A DNA stretch of 64,000 bases from an uncultured delta proteobacterium. GTDB lineage: Bacteria > Desulfobacterota > Binatia > DP-6. Each line of letters opens with the position of its first letter. Within the stretch, counting starts at the first letter, position 1. The notes beneath the pieces are model-generated. The model saw nothing but the letters and a program-made list of their open reading frames with translations, was not told the DNA's origin and ran no database searches. Positions 19,792 to 30,337 of the stretch are shown in pieces. The position numbers and the translations under genes were made by a program. The stretch covers positions 704,001 to 768,000 of the forward strand of contig CAWFFN010000009.1 in the NCBI GenBank assembly GCA_963815115.1, written 5' to 3'.

Positions 19792-21431
19792 CGGCGCCGG
19801 CGCGCGACCTTCACGGTCGAATCGGCCCGTCGCGCGTGCGACGAACGCCGACGGCCCTGATCACCGTCTGGCTCCTGCTCTCGTGGGCGTCGGTCGCTGC
19901 TGGGGCGCATGGTCAGCCGCACTGCTCGGTGCGGCACGACGGGGCGCAGGTGATCGCCGAGTTCTCGTCGCAGGACGCTCGCAGGGGCCACCAGATGACG
20001 TTCGACCTCGTCACCTCGGGCGGTCCTCCGGAGCGCCGCACCAGCTCCCTCGCCATCGCACGCGGCGGGCGTCTGGTCCTGAAGCTCGAATCGAACCTCG
20101 CGGGCACCGCCGCGCTCCGGGTCCATCTCACGGTCGGTGTGGGCTTCCGCGGATTCCACGAGTTCGACCTCACCAGCGGCGACGGCCGGATGTTCGAGGG
20201 CACCGTGGACGGCCGGGCTCTCGTGCCGTTCCGGGTCGATTCGGGCCTTCGCACGCTGGCCTTCGCCGACGGCAAGCCCGGGCCGCGCGTGAAGGAGAAG
20301 CCGTTCGTCCGCAAGGGACTCCGTCGTCTCGCCAGGCAGGCGCTCGAGAGCTCGTGCCTGGACGACCCCTCCGGCGGGTCGGTCGCCGAGACGCGCGGGC
20401 TCCTGGACAGCTGCGACCTCTGCCAGACCGGATGCATCGGCAAGTTCTTCTTCCGCTGCGGCGCCGAGGCGGTGGCGTCGGGCGCCGGATGCGCGCTGGG
20501 CCCGGTCGCGTGTGCCGCCCTCTTTGGCGCGTCGGGGTACGACTGCTCGGACGGCACCATCGACTGCGACGACGCCTGCCTGGCCAGCAGCGACTGCTGC
20601 GCCGTCCCCTGCGCCGGCGGACACGGCGACGCCTGCGGTCGCAGCTGCTCGGAGGACGCGGTGTGCTGCGGCGGCCAGTCCTGCTGCTCCTCGGGCGAGC
20701 AGTGCTGCGGCACCGTGTGCTGCGACTCCGTGAACAACGACATGCACTGCGCGCAGCCGAGCACCGGGCTGTGCTGCTTCAACGACCACATGGGTGACGT
20801 GTGCGGCAGCCAGCAGTGCTGCCCGACCGACAAGCCGGTCTGCCGCGATCCCGCGCACGTCACGTGCTGCGCGCCGGACAGCGGCGACGTCTGCGGCGAC
20901 GACTGTTGCCCGGCGTCGGCGCCGATGTGCGTGCACCCGCTCGGCGTCTGCTGCGCGCCGGAGAACGTGTGCGGCCAGGGCTGCTGCGTGCCGCCGAACG
21001 TCTGCCAGGCCGGCGGCTCGTGCTGCACTCCCGACCGCGTGTGCGGCAGCAACTGCTGCGAGGGGGAGGAGACCTGCCTCGACCCGGCCCGGAGCCTCTG
21101 CTGCGGCGGCATTGCCAGCAAGGTCTGCGGCAGCAACTGCTGCGGGCCGGACGAGACGTGCCTCGGCGACAGCTGCTGCCCGATCGCGCAGGGGTGCGGC
21201 GGCACGTGCTGTCCGGCCGGCGAGCTCTGCACCGATCCGGCGACGCACACGTGCTCGGCATGCGACCCCGGGACCGCGCCGTGCGCGCCGCTGGGCGGCG
21301 GGCCCGCGGTCTGCTGCGCGCCCGGGGTCACGTGCTGCGCCGGTCCGCCGCCGCAGTGCTGCGCCAGCGGCTCGCAGCTCTGCTGCGGGACGCCGTTCGC
21401 CTGCCACGATGAGTCGTTCTGCCTGCGCTGA
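19788..21431 (+). CDS. Secreted extremely Cys-rich protein (tandem CG..CC repeats)
   Basis: GTGA overlap with the previous stop and a hydrophobic signal region. The C-terminal ~330 aa consist of C/CC repeats such as CGSNCC, CGDDCCP and CGQGCC. Confidence 0.8.
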   Translation: MTAPARDLHGRIGPSRVRRTPTALITVWLLLSWASVAAGAHGQPHCSVRHDGAQVIAEFSSQDARRGHQMTFDLVTSGGPPERRTSSLAIARGGRLVLKLESNLAGTAALRVHLTVGVGFRGFHEFDLTSGDGRMFEGTVDGRALVPFRVDSGLRTLAFADGKPGPRVKEKPFVRKGLRRLARQALESSCLDDPSGGSVAETRGLLDSCDLCQTGCIGKFFFRCGAEAVASGAGCALGPVACAALFGASGYDCSDGTIDCDDACLASSDCCAVPCAGGHGDACGRSCSEDAVCCGGQSCCSSGEQCCGTVCCDSVNNDMHCAQPSTGLCCFNDHMGDVCGSQQCCPTDKPVCRDPAHVTCCAPDSGDVCGDDCCPASAPMCVHPLGVCCAPENVCGQGCCVPPNVCQAGGSCCTPDRVCGSNCCEGEETCLDPARSLCCGGIASKVCGSNCCGPDETCLGDSCCPIAQGCGGTCCPAGELCTDPATHTCSACDPGTAPCAPLGGGPAVCCAPGVTCCAGPPPQCCASGSQLCCGTPFACHDESFCLR

Positions 21432-21435
21432 GCGG

Positions 21436-22626
21436 GTGCCGCGGCCGCGCGCCGCGTTCCTCGCCCTCACCGTCCTCCTCGTCGCGGCCGTCGCCGCGGG
21501 CGACTGCGGCGAGTGCACGATCCCGACCGACTGCGTGCCGTCCTTCAGCCGGTGCGTCACCACGACGTGTACCCCGGATCACTGCTGCACCGACGTCCCG
21601 GTCGACTGTGACGACCACCTCGCCTGCACGATCGACACGTGCAGCGAGGCGTTCGGCTGCCAGCACGCCGACGCGTGCAACGACGGGAACCCGTGCAACG
21701 GCGAGGAGTCCTGCCTCCCGTTCGGCACCGAGCACCTGTGCCTCGAGGGTGTCCCGCTCGACTGCGACGACGGCGACGCCTGTACGGCCGACCAGTGCCG
21801 TCCCGACGGCTGCGCGCACGATGCGCTCGATTGCGACGACCACGATCCCTGCACCAGCGACGCATGCGACCACGCGACCGGCTGCACCCACACGGCGATC
21901 GCGGGCTGCTGTACGACCGACGCGGCCTGCCGCGGCGACCCCTGCGTGCAGGGCGCCACGTGCAGCGGAGGGATCTGCCGGGGCGGCGTACCGGCCGACT
22001 GCGACGACCGGAACGCCTGCACGACCGACGCCTGCGACGGCGGCCTGGGATGTGTCCACGCGCCGATCGCCTGCAACGACGGCGACCCGTGCACGCGCGA
22101 CGCGTGTGATCCGTCGATCGGGTGCACCCACGCAGGCGTGGTGGGATGCTGCAACGGCGACGCCGATTGCCGGAGCGACCCGTGCATCGCCGGCCGGACA
22201 TGCGTGAGCCACTCCTGCATCGGCGGGGCACCGGCGAATTGCGACGACGGCGACCCGTGCACGACGGATCGCTGCGTGGCGAACGTCGGGTGCATCGCGG
22301 ATGCGGTGACCGGCCCCGCGTCGGCACGCTGCGTGTGCGACCGGGCGATGCCCGCATCGTGCAGCGGCGTCGTCGTCCCGCAGCCGCTGGAGGCCGCCAT
22401 CGTCCGCTCGTGCGCGCTCACCCGGCGCGCCACCGCCCCGGGAAGCCCCATGGAGCGCGCGCGAAAGCTGGCCGGCCGGGCGGCCCATCGCTTCGCGAAG
22501 GGTGCGTCGATCGCGACCCACGCGGGAGTACAGTCTCGGATCGGACCCGCGTGCGCAGGCGCCCTCGGTGCGCTGCTCGACGACGACCGCGACAGGGTCC
22601 TCGTCTTCCGTAGCACGCTGCCGTAG
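21436..22626 (+). CDS. Secreted protein with CDDGxPCTxDxC (Dictyostelium-type) Cys-rich repeats and a helical C-terminal domain
   Basis: Signal peptide, then repeats CDDHLACTIDTC, CDDGDACTADQC, CDDHDPCTSDAC, CDDRNACTTDAC, CNDGDPCTRDAC and CDDGDPCTTDRC. Confidence 0.8.
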   Translation: MPRPRAAFLALTVLLVAAVAAGDCGECTIPTDCVPSFSRCVTTTCTPDHCCTDVPVDCDDHLACTIDTCSEAFGCQHADACNDGNPCNGEESCLPFGTEHLCLEGVPLDCDDGDACTADQCRPDGCAHDALDCDDHDPCTSDACDHATGCTHTAIAGCCTTDAACRGDPCVQGATCSGGICRGGVPADCDDRNACTTDACDGGLGCVHAPIACNDGDPCTRDACDPSIGCTHAGVVGCCNGDADCRSDPCIAGRTCVSHSCIGGAPANCDDGDPCTTDRCVANVGCIADAVTGPASARCVCDRAMPASCSGVVVPQPLEAAIVRSCALTRRATAPGSPMERARKLAGRAAHRFAKGASIATHAGVQSRIGPACAGALGALLDDDRDRVLVFRSTLP

Positions 22627-22676
22627 CGGGAACCGGCGGGTGGACGGCGCGCGGGCAGGGGGAGTAACTCGGAGCC

Positions 22677-23108
22677 GTGACGCGTCGGCAGTGGATGCTG
22701 TCCGCGTTCTTCGTCGCCGTGATCGCCCTCAAGGTCGCGGAGGCGGCTCTTCGTCTCGAGAGCTGGCCCCTCACCGACGTCCGCATGTTCTCGGCGCGCG
22801 TGCCGCCGTGGGTGACGCCGTTCGACGTCACGCTGCTCGCGACCCGCGGCGGTCCCTGGTTCCCGCTCACGGCGTTCGATCTCGGGCTCGGTCCCGACGG
22901 GCTGCGCCGCCGCTTGCCGCCCGACCTGAAGGTGCTGCCCGCTGCGTGCGGGGAGCTCGGGCGCCTCTACAACACGCAACACCCCGGCGCGGGAGCGCTG
23001 GCGGGCCTGCGTGCCCGTGTGCGGCGCGTCCCGAGGCCCGGAGTTCCGAGCGAGCCCTTCGATCAAACCGTCGAGTGTCCGCTCGCACCGCCGTCCGCGG
23101 CGCGCTGA
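22677..23108 (+). CDS. Membrane-anchored hypothetical protein with a WPxxxxxMFS motif (HTTM partner, SdpA-like by inference)
   Basis: N-terminal TM helix followed by ESWPLTDVRMFSA. The stop lies 2 nt before the HTTM gene. Confidence 0.65.
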   Translation: MTRRQWMLSAFFVAVIALKVAEAALRLESWPLTDVRMFSARVPPWVTPFDVTLLATRGGPWFPLTAFDLGLGPDGLRRRLPPDLKVLPAACGELGRLYNTQHPGAGALAGLRARVRRVPRPGVPSEPFDQTVECPLAPPSAAR

Positions 23109-23110
23109 CG

Positions 23111-24310
23111 ATGGGACGCCGGCTGCTCGACGCGTGGCGCCGCTACTGGTTCTCCCCGGCATCCCTCACCAACCTCGGCATCGCACGCGTCCTGCTCGCC
23201 GCCATCCTGCTCTGGCTCGACGGCACGACCCGCTTTCTCGGCGTCGCCACGACGCCGTCCGCTTTCTGGACGCCGATCGGGCTCCTGCGCGGGCTGGGAA
23301 TCAGCCAGCCCGGATTGCCCCTGCTCGAGTGGCTGTCGTCGGCGAACGTGGTGCTGCTCTGCGCCGTTGCCCTCGGCGTCTTCACGCGCCCGGCGCTGGC
23401 GCTGCTGTTTCCCCTCCAGCTCTACCTCGAGTCGCTTCTCAACTGCTTCGGCAAGGCCTCCCACGGCACGATCCCCGACCTCTACGCGCTCCTGTTCCTC
23501 CTGCTGGCGCCGTGCGACCGGGGCTTCGCGCTCGGCGCGATGTGGCGGCGCGCGCGGGCCGCCGGCACCGCGGCCGTCGCTCCGCCGAGCCGCCAGTCGT
23601 CCTTCGCGGGCTGGCCGCTCGACCTGCTGTTCGTCGAGCTCGCCGCGTACTACTGTCTCTCGGGGCTCTCCAAGCTGCGCGACGGCGGCCTCGCATGGGC
23701 CGACGGGTATGCGCTGCAGTACTACCTGCTGCTCATGCGTACCGACGGCGGCGTGTGGCTCGCGTCCCATCTCTGGCTCTGCACGGCGCTGTCGGTGCTC
23801 GTTTTCGCGTTCGAGCTCGGCGCTCCGCTCGGCATCGTGCGCCGCTGGCGTCCACTCGTCCTCGGCGGCGGCCTGCTGTTTCACCTCTCCACCTGGGTCT
23901 TCATGGACATCTGGTTCTGGCCCATCGTGGCCCTGTACGCGCTCTTCGTGCCGTGGACGCGGCTCGGGACGGCAGCCGCGCGCAGCACCGGGTTCGCGCG
24001 CGGCTCGCTACGCGTCGCCTACGATGGTGGCTGTTCCTCCTGCCGGCGGACGGTGTCGGTGCTGCGCGACCTCGATCTCGCGAGCACGCTCGCCTTCGTT
24101 GCCGTGGCGCCGCCGGCGCGCGGAGGCCACCTGTCGGGCGGCCACGTCGTCGTGGGCACTCGCGGCGACGTCGACGGCCTGCGCCGCCTCGCCTGGGCGC
24201 TCCCGGCCGCGTGGCCGCTCGCGCCGCTCCTCTACATCCCCGGAACGTCGTGGCTCGGACGTCGCCTGTGGAGCGCCATGGCACGGCTGCGCGCGGCCGC
24301 TTCGCCTTGA
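23111..24310 (+). CDS. HTTM-domain membrane protein fused to a DCC1-like thiol-disulfide oxidoreductase (DUF393)
   Basis: WRRYWFSP, LGIARV, FGKxxH, Y..SGLSKL..GG..W, FELGAP and FH. The C-terminus has YDGGCSSC and 'WPLAPLLYIPG'. Confidence 0.8.
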   Translation: MGRRLLDAWRRYWFSPASLTNLGIARVLLAAILLWLDGTTRFLGVATTPSAFWTPIGLLRGLGISQPGLPLLEWLSSANVVLLCAVALGVFTRPALALLFPLQLYLESLLNCFGKASHGTIPDLYALLFLLLAPCDRGFALGAMWRRARAAGTAAVAPPSRQSSFAGWPLDLLFVELAAYYCLSGLSKLRDGGLAWADGYALQYYLLLMRTDGGVWLASHLWLCTALSVLVFAFELGAPLGIVRRWRPLVLGGGLLFHLSTWVFMDIWFWPIVALYALFVPWTRLGTAAARSTGFARGSLRVAYDGGCSSCRRTVSVLRDLDLASTLAFVAVAPPARGGHLSGGHVVVGTRGDVDGLRRLAWALPAAWPLAPLLYIPGTSWLGRRLWSAMARLRAAASP

Positions 24311-24342
24311 CGCTCCGGCCGGGCCGGGGGCACCATCGGTGC

Positions 24343-25134
24343 GTGACCATCGACCAGCACATCCTCCTGTCGGATCTGAACTACGCCGAGGCCCTGCGCG
24401 AGCTCACCCGCCGCGCGGGCGGGGTCGTGCACGACGAGGACGGGCTCCTCTGCTACGCGGGCCCCGATCCGTTCCCCGTCCTGATGAACGGCGTCATGCG
24501 CACGGGACCCGGTCCTTCCGCGCCGGTCGTGCTCGAGCGCGCGCGGGCCTTCTTCGCGCCGCGCGGCCGGGGCTATACCGTGCACGTGCGGACGCACGCC
24601 GACGCCGATCTGCGGGCGGCGAGCGAGCGCGCGGGCCTGACGCTGATCGGCGATGCGCCGGGCATGGTGCTCCACCGGCGCCTCCCCGACGCCGCGCCGC
24701 CGCCCGGCGTCGAGCTCCGGCGTGTGAGCGGCGACGGCGACGTGAAGGCGTTCGGTCGCATCATGGGCCAGGCCTACGCCACCTACGGCATGCCGTCCGA
24801 GGTCGGGCCCGCGTCGTTCCCCCATCGCGACGTCTTGATCGCCCCGCACATCGCCGCGTTTCTCGCCCTGCTCGACGGAGAGCCGGTCGCCGGTGCCATG
24901 GTGATCGTCACGCACGGCGTGGGCGGCGTGTACTGGGTGGGCACGCTGCCCGAAGCGCGCGGCCGCGGGCTGGCCGAGCTGTGCACGCGCGCCGCGGGCA
25001 ACGCGGGGTTCGACCAGGGCGCTCACATCGCGGCCCTGCAGGCCTCGGTGATGGGGGAGCCGATCTACCGGCGCATGGGCTACGTGGAGGTGACCCGATA
25101 TCCCTTCATGGTGCAGCTCAGCCCGCCGGCCTGA
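24343..25134 (+). CDS. GNAT family N-acetyltransferase
   Basis: VYWVGTLPEARGRGLA, LQASVMGEPIYRRMGY. Confidence 0.9.
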   Translation: MTIDQHILLSDLNYAEALRELTRRAGGVVHDEDGLLCYAGPDPFPVLMNGVMRTGPGPSAPVVLERARAFFAPRGRGYTVHVRTHADADLRAASERAGLTLIGDAPGMVLHRRLPDAAPPPGVELRRVSGDGDVKAFGRIMGQAYATYGMPSEVGPASFPHRDVLIAPHIAAFLALLDGEPVAGAMVIVTHGVGGVYWVGTLPEARGRGLAELCTRAAGNAGFDQGAHIAALQASVMGEPIYRRMGYVEVTRYPFMVQLSPPA

Positions 25135-25186
25135 GGAGTTCTCCGCGCGGCTTGACTGCGCGGCCGCTTCGCCGGATGGTCGCGCG

Positions 25187-26188
25187 ATGGAGCGCATCGG
25201 CGTCGTCCCGTTCTGGAAGAGCTACGATCGCAAGGCCGTGCTGCGCACCGCGCAGCTGGCCGACGATCTGGGCTACGACTCGATCTGGATCCCGGAGGCG
25301 TGGGCCTACGAGCAGTTCCAGCTCCTCACCGAGATCGCCCTCAACACCAAGCGGCTGAAGCTCGCGACCGGCATCGCCAACGTCTTCAGCCGTTCCGCCG
25401 GCCTGCTCGCGATGAGCGTCGCGACGCTCGACGAGATCTCCGAGGGCCGCGCCCTCCTGGGCCTCGGCACCAGCGGCAAGCTCGTGATCGAGAACTTCCA
25501 CGGCGTGCCCTACCGCAAGCCGCTCACGCGGCTGAAGGAGACGGTGGGCATCTGCCGCGCGCTCTGGCGCGGCGATCGCCTGCAGCCCGAGCTGAGCACG
25601 CTCTTCGATGCCCGGCACTTCAAGCTCGAGATGACGCCGGTGCGCTCGAACGTGCCGATCTACATCGCCTCGCTGCAGGAGAACGCCATCCGCGAGGTCG
25701 GACGCATCGCGGACGGCTGGGTGCCGACCTTCTGGCCCTATCGGCATCTGTCCGACGGGCGCGCCCTGCTCGACGAAGGCGCGCGCGCGGCAGGTCGCGA
25801 TCCCGCCGCCATCGAGATCGCGCCCTTCATGGCGATCGTGCCGCTCGACGACACGGACGCGGCGCGCGCCATGATCAAGCCGCTGGTCTCGTTCTACATC
25901 GGCGGCATGGGTGCGTACTATCACGCGCTCTTCTGCCGCTACGGCTTCGAGGACAACGCCAATCAGGTGCGCGCGCTGTACGACGCCGGCGAGCGCAAGC
26001 AGGCCGCGGCGGCGGTCAGCGACGAGCTCATCGACGCCATCGCGATCTGCGGGCCGCCGGCCCACTGTCGCGAGCAGCTCGCCGAGTGGCGCCGGCACGG
26101 TGTCGGGCTCGCTCTGATGAACCTTCCCACCGGCGCGCCGTTCGAGCTGGCGGAGATGCTGCTGCGCACGATGGCGCCGGCGCGCTGA
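25187..26188 (+). CDS. LLM-class flavin/F420-dependent oxidoreductase
   Basis: GYDSIWIPEAW, LATGIANVFSR, TLDEISEGR..LGLG, PIYIA and ADGW. Confidence 0.9.
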   Translation: MERIGVVPFWKSYDRKAVLRTAQLADDLGYDSIWIPEAWAYEQFQLLTEIALNTKRLKLATGIANVFSRSAGLLAMSVATLDEISEGRALLGLGTSGKLVIENFHGVPYRKPLTRLKETVGICRALWRGDRLQPELSTLFDARHFKLEMTPVRSNVPIYIASLQENAIREVGRIADGWVPTFWPYRHLSDGRALLDEGARAAGRDPAAIEIAPFMAIVPLDDTDAARAMIKPLVSFYIGGMGAYYHALFCRYGFEDNANQVRALYDAGERKQAAAAVSDELIDAIAICGPPAHCREQLAEWRRHGVGLALMNLPTGAPFELAEMLLRTMAPAR

Positions 26189-26263
26189 GGACGTCGCGGG
26201 GACCGTGTTCGCGGACATGCCGTCGGGTTGCCGCTCCCGGACGGAGCCGTTAGAACGCCCGTA

Positions 26264-28905
26264 GTGACCGGCGACGAGGTTCGGCAGAGCTTTCTCGACT
26301 TCTTCCGCGAGCGCGGTCACACCATCGTGCCGAGCGCGCCGCTGGTGCCGGCCGACGATCCGAGCCTGCTGTTCACCAACGCCGGGATGGTGCAGTTCAA
26401 GCAGGTCTTCCTCGGCTCCGAGACCCGTCCCTACACCCGCGCCGCCGACAGCCAGAAGGTGCTGCGCATCAGCGGCAAGCACAACGATCTGGAGCAGGTC
26501 GGGCGCGACACCTATCACCACACCTTCTTCGAGATGCTCGGCAACTGGTCGTTCGGCGACTACTGGAAGCGCGACGCCATCGTGTGGGCGTGGGAGCTCC
26601 TCACCACCGTCTGGAAGCTGCCGAAGGACCAGCTCTATGCCACCGTCTATACGACCGACGACGAGGCCGCGACGCTGTGGCTCGAGGTGACCGACATCGG
26701 CCGCGACCGGGTCAGCCGCTTCGAGCAGGAGAACTTCTGGGAGATGGGCGAGACCGGCCCGTGCGGTCCCTGCTCCGAGATCCACATCGATCGCGGGCCC
26801 GCGGCGTGCGACCGGCAGGGCGAGCCGCATCCCTGCGCCGTGAACGGCGGCTGCGCGCGCTTCATCGAGCTCTGGAACCTGGTCTTCATCCAGTACAACC
26901 GCGACGCCGCCGGCACGCTCACGGAGCTGCCTGCGAAGCACGTCGACACCGGCATGGGCTTCGAGCGCGTCACGGCGGTGCTCCAGGGCGTCCCCAGCAA
27001 CTACGACATCGACGTCCTCCGTCGCGTCATCGCGTCCGCCGAGCGGCTGGCGGGCAAGCGCTACGGTGCCGATGCGCGCGACGACGTGTCGCTGCGCGTG
27101 ATCGCCGACCACGCGCGGGCGGTCACCTTCCTGGTGCAGGAGGGGATCGTGCCGTCGAACGAGGGACGCGGCTACGTGCTGCGCCGCCTGCTGCGCCGGG
27201 CCGCGCGGCACGGAAAGCTCCTCGGGCTCGACCGGCCGTTCCTGCACGAGGTCGTCGGCGCCGTGGTGGAGACGATGGGGCGCGCCTATCCCGAGGTGGT
27301 GCGGGCCGAGGAGACCATCCGGCAGGTGGTCCGCGCCGAGGAGGAGCGCTTCGCCGCCACCCTCGACCGGGGCCTCGCGCTCCTCGCCGACGAGGTCGAG
27401 CGCGCGCGCGCGAGCGGCGGCGCGACGCTGCCCGGCGGGGTCGCCTTCCGGCTCTACGACACCTACGGCTTCCCGCTCGACCTCACCGAGGACATCCTCG
27501 CCGGCGAGGGCATGTCGGTCGACCGCGAGGGCTTCGACCAGGCCATGAGCGCGCAGCGCGAGCGGGGCCGTGCCGCGCGCCAGTTCGCCGACGCCACGGC
27601 CGCACCGGAGCTGCTCGAGCAGGGCGCGCTCGTCACGCGCTTCGTCGGCGACCACGTCCCCGAGCTGGACTCGGAGGTCCTGGCTCTGGTCGCGGGCCGC
27701 GAGTCGCGCCGCAGCGCGCGCGAGGGCGACGAGATCGACGTCATCACCGCGGAGACCCCTTTCTACGCGGAATCGGGCGGCCAGGTGGGCGACCGCGGCT
27801 GGCTCGTCACCGATGCGGGCGCTCGCGTGGAGATCCTCGACACGCATCGCATCGCGCCCGCCGTGATCGCGCATCGCGGCGTCGTCCGCCAGGGAACGCT
27901 GACGGTGGGCGACCGGGTGCACCTCACCATCGACTCCGCGCGCCGGGAGGCGGCCCGCCTGAACCACTCGGCCACGCATCTGGTGCACGCCGCGCTCCGC
28001 CACCGGCTGGGGGCGCACGTCAAGCAGGCGGGCTCGCTGGTCGATCCCGAGCACCTGCGCTTCGACTTCAACCATCATGCAGCGGTCGGTGACGACGCGC
28101 TGCTCGCCGTCGAGGACGAGGTGAACGCCTTCGTGCGGGCCAACGCCCCGGTGACCACCGAGGAGATGAGCTACGACGACGCCATCCGCGCCGGCGCGCT
28201 GGCCTTCTTCGGCGACAAGTACGGCGATCGTGTCACCGTCGTGCGCATGGGCGACTTCTCGATCGAGCTCTGCGGCGGCACGCACGTCGCGCGCACGGGC
28301 GACATCGGCTTCTTCCGGCTCGACGGCGAGAGCGGCGTCGCGGCCGGGGTGCGGCGCATCGAGGCCACGACCGGGCAGGGGGCCATCGCCAGCGTGCGGC
28401 GGGAGATCAAGAGCCTCGACGAGGTGCGCGACCTGCTCGGCTCGGAGGACGTCACGTCCAGGATCGAGCGCCTGCGCGTCGACCTGCGCGAGAAGGACAG
28501 GCGCATCGCGGAGCTGCAGGGCAAGCTCGCCGGCGGCGCCACGCGCGACGTGCTGGCGGACGCCCGGAGCGTCGACGGGATCACCGTGCTCGCGACCCGC
28601 ATCGACGGCCTCGACGACAAGGGGCTGCGCGAGATGGCCGACCGCCTGCGGGATCGCATCAAGTCGGGCGTGGTCGTGCTCGGCGCCGCGCTGGGCGAGC
28701 GCGCCGTGCTCCTGGCTGCGGTCACCAAGGATCTCACCGGGCGCTATCACGCCGGCAACATCATCAAGCAGCTCGCACCGCTGGTGGGCGGGGGCGGGGG
28801 CGGCCGGCCCGACTTCGCGCAGGCGGGCGGCAAGGAGCCCGATCGCCTCGATGCGGCGCTCGCCGCCGCCTACGAGCTGCTCGGCGCGGGAGGCGACCGG
28901 CCGTC

Positions 28906-28909
<4 letters not shown>
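26264..28909 (+). CDS. alaS: Alanine--tRNA ligase
   Basis: [50 protein letters not shown] and [13 protein letters not shown]. Confidence 0.98.
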
Positions 28910-29865
<956 letters not shown>

Positions 29866-29890
29866 ATCGGTCGCGGCCCACCGGGCGATC

Positions 29891-30319
29891 GTGACGGTCA
29901 CGACGCGCGGGCGGCGCCTGCCGAGCCTGGCAGATCGGGTCGCGCGCCGCGGGCGACGCCTGCTGGCGGCGCTCCGGCTCCCCGGTGCGGAGCTCTCGCT
30001 CGTGCTGGTGTCCGACACGGTGATGCGGCGGCTGAACCGTGACTGGCGCGGCGCGGACCGGCCCACCGACGTGCTCTCGTTCGCGCAGGCCGAGGGCGCG
30101 GGCGGCGCGCCGCAGGGGCTCCTGGGCGACGTGGTCATCTCCGTCGACACCGCGCGCCGGCAGGCGGCCGAGCGCGCGGCGCCGCTGACGCGCGAGCTCG
30201 ACCGTCTGCTGATTCACGGGGTGCTGCACCTCCTCGGATACGACCACGAGCGCTCGCCCGCCGAGGCGCGGCGCATGCAACGCCGGGAGCGCCAGCTCGC
30301 CCGGCGCCTCGACAAGTGA
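29891..30319 (+). CDS. ybeY: rRNA maturation endoribonuclease YbeY
   Basis: [25 protein letters not shown] and [11 protein letters not shown]. Confidence 0.95.
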   Translation: MTVTTRGRRLPSLADRVARRGRRLLAALRLPGAELSLVLVSDTVMRRLNRDWRGADRPTDVLSFAQAEGAGGAPQGLLGDVVISVDTARRQAAERAAPLTRELDRLLIHGVLHLLGYDHERSPAEARRMQRRERQLARRLDK

Positions 30320-30337
30320 GGCGGACGAGGGCGGACG

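Noticed and set aside
21600-22290. Recurring TGCGACGAC/GACCCGTGC DNA repeats
   Set aside because: They are explained by the protein-level CDDGDPCT repeats.
25187-26188. LLM gene (and flavin reductase at 59782) as luxAB/luxG partners implying bioluminescence
   Set aside because: They are distant from luxEC and not co-transcribed. The LLM resembles generic F420/flavin oxidoreductases rather than luciferase.
25118-28750. 1210-aa minus-strand ORF
   Set aside because: It is the antisense shadow of alaS and the LLM gene. Long stop-free antisense frames are expected at this GC content and it has no motifs.
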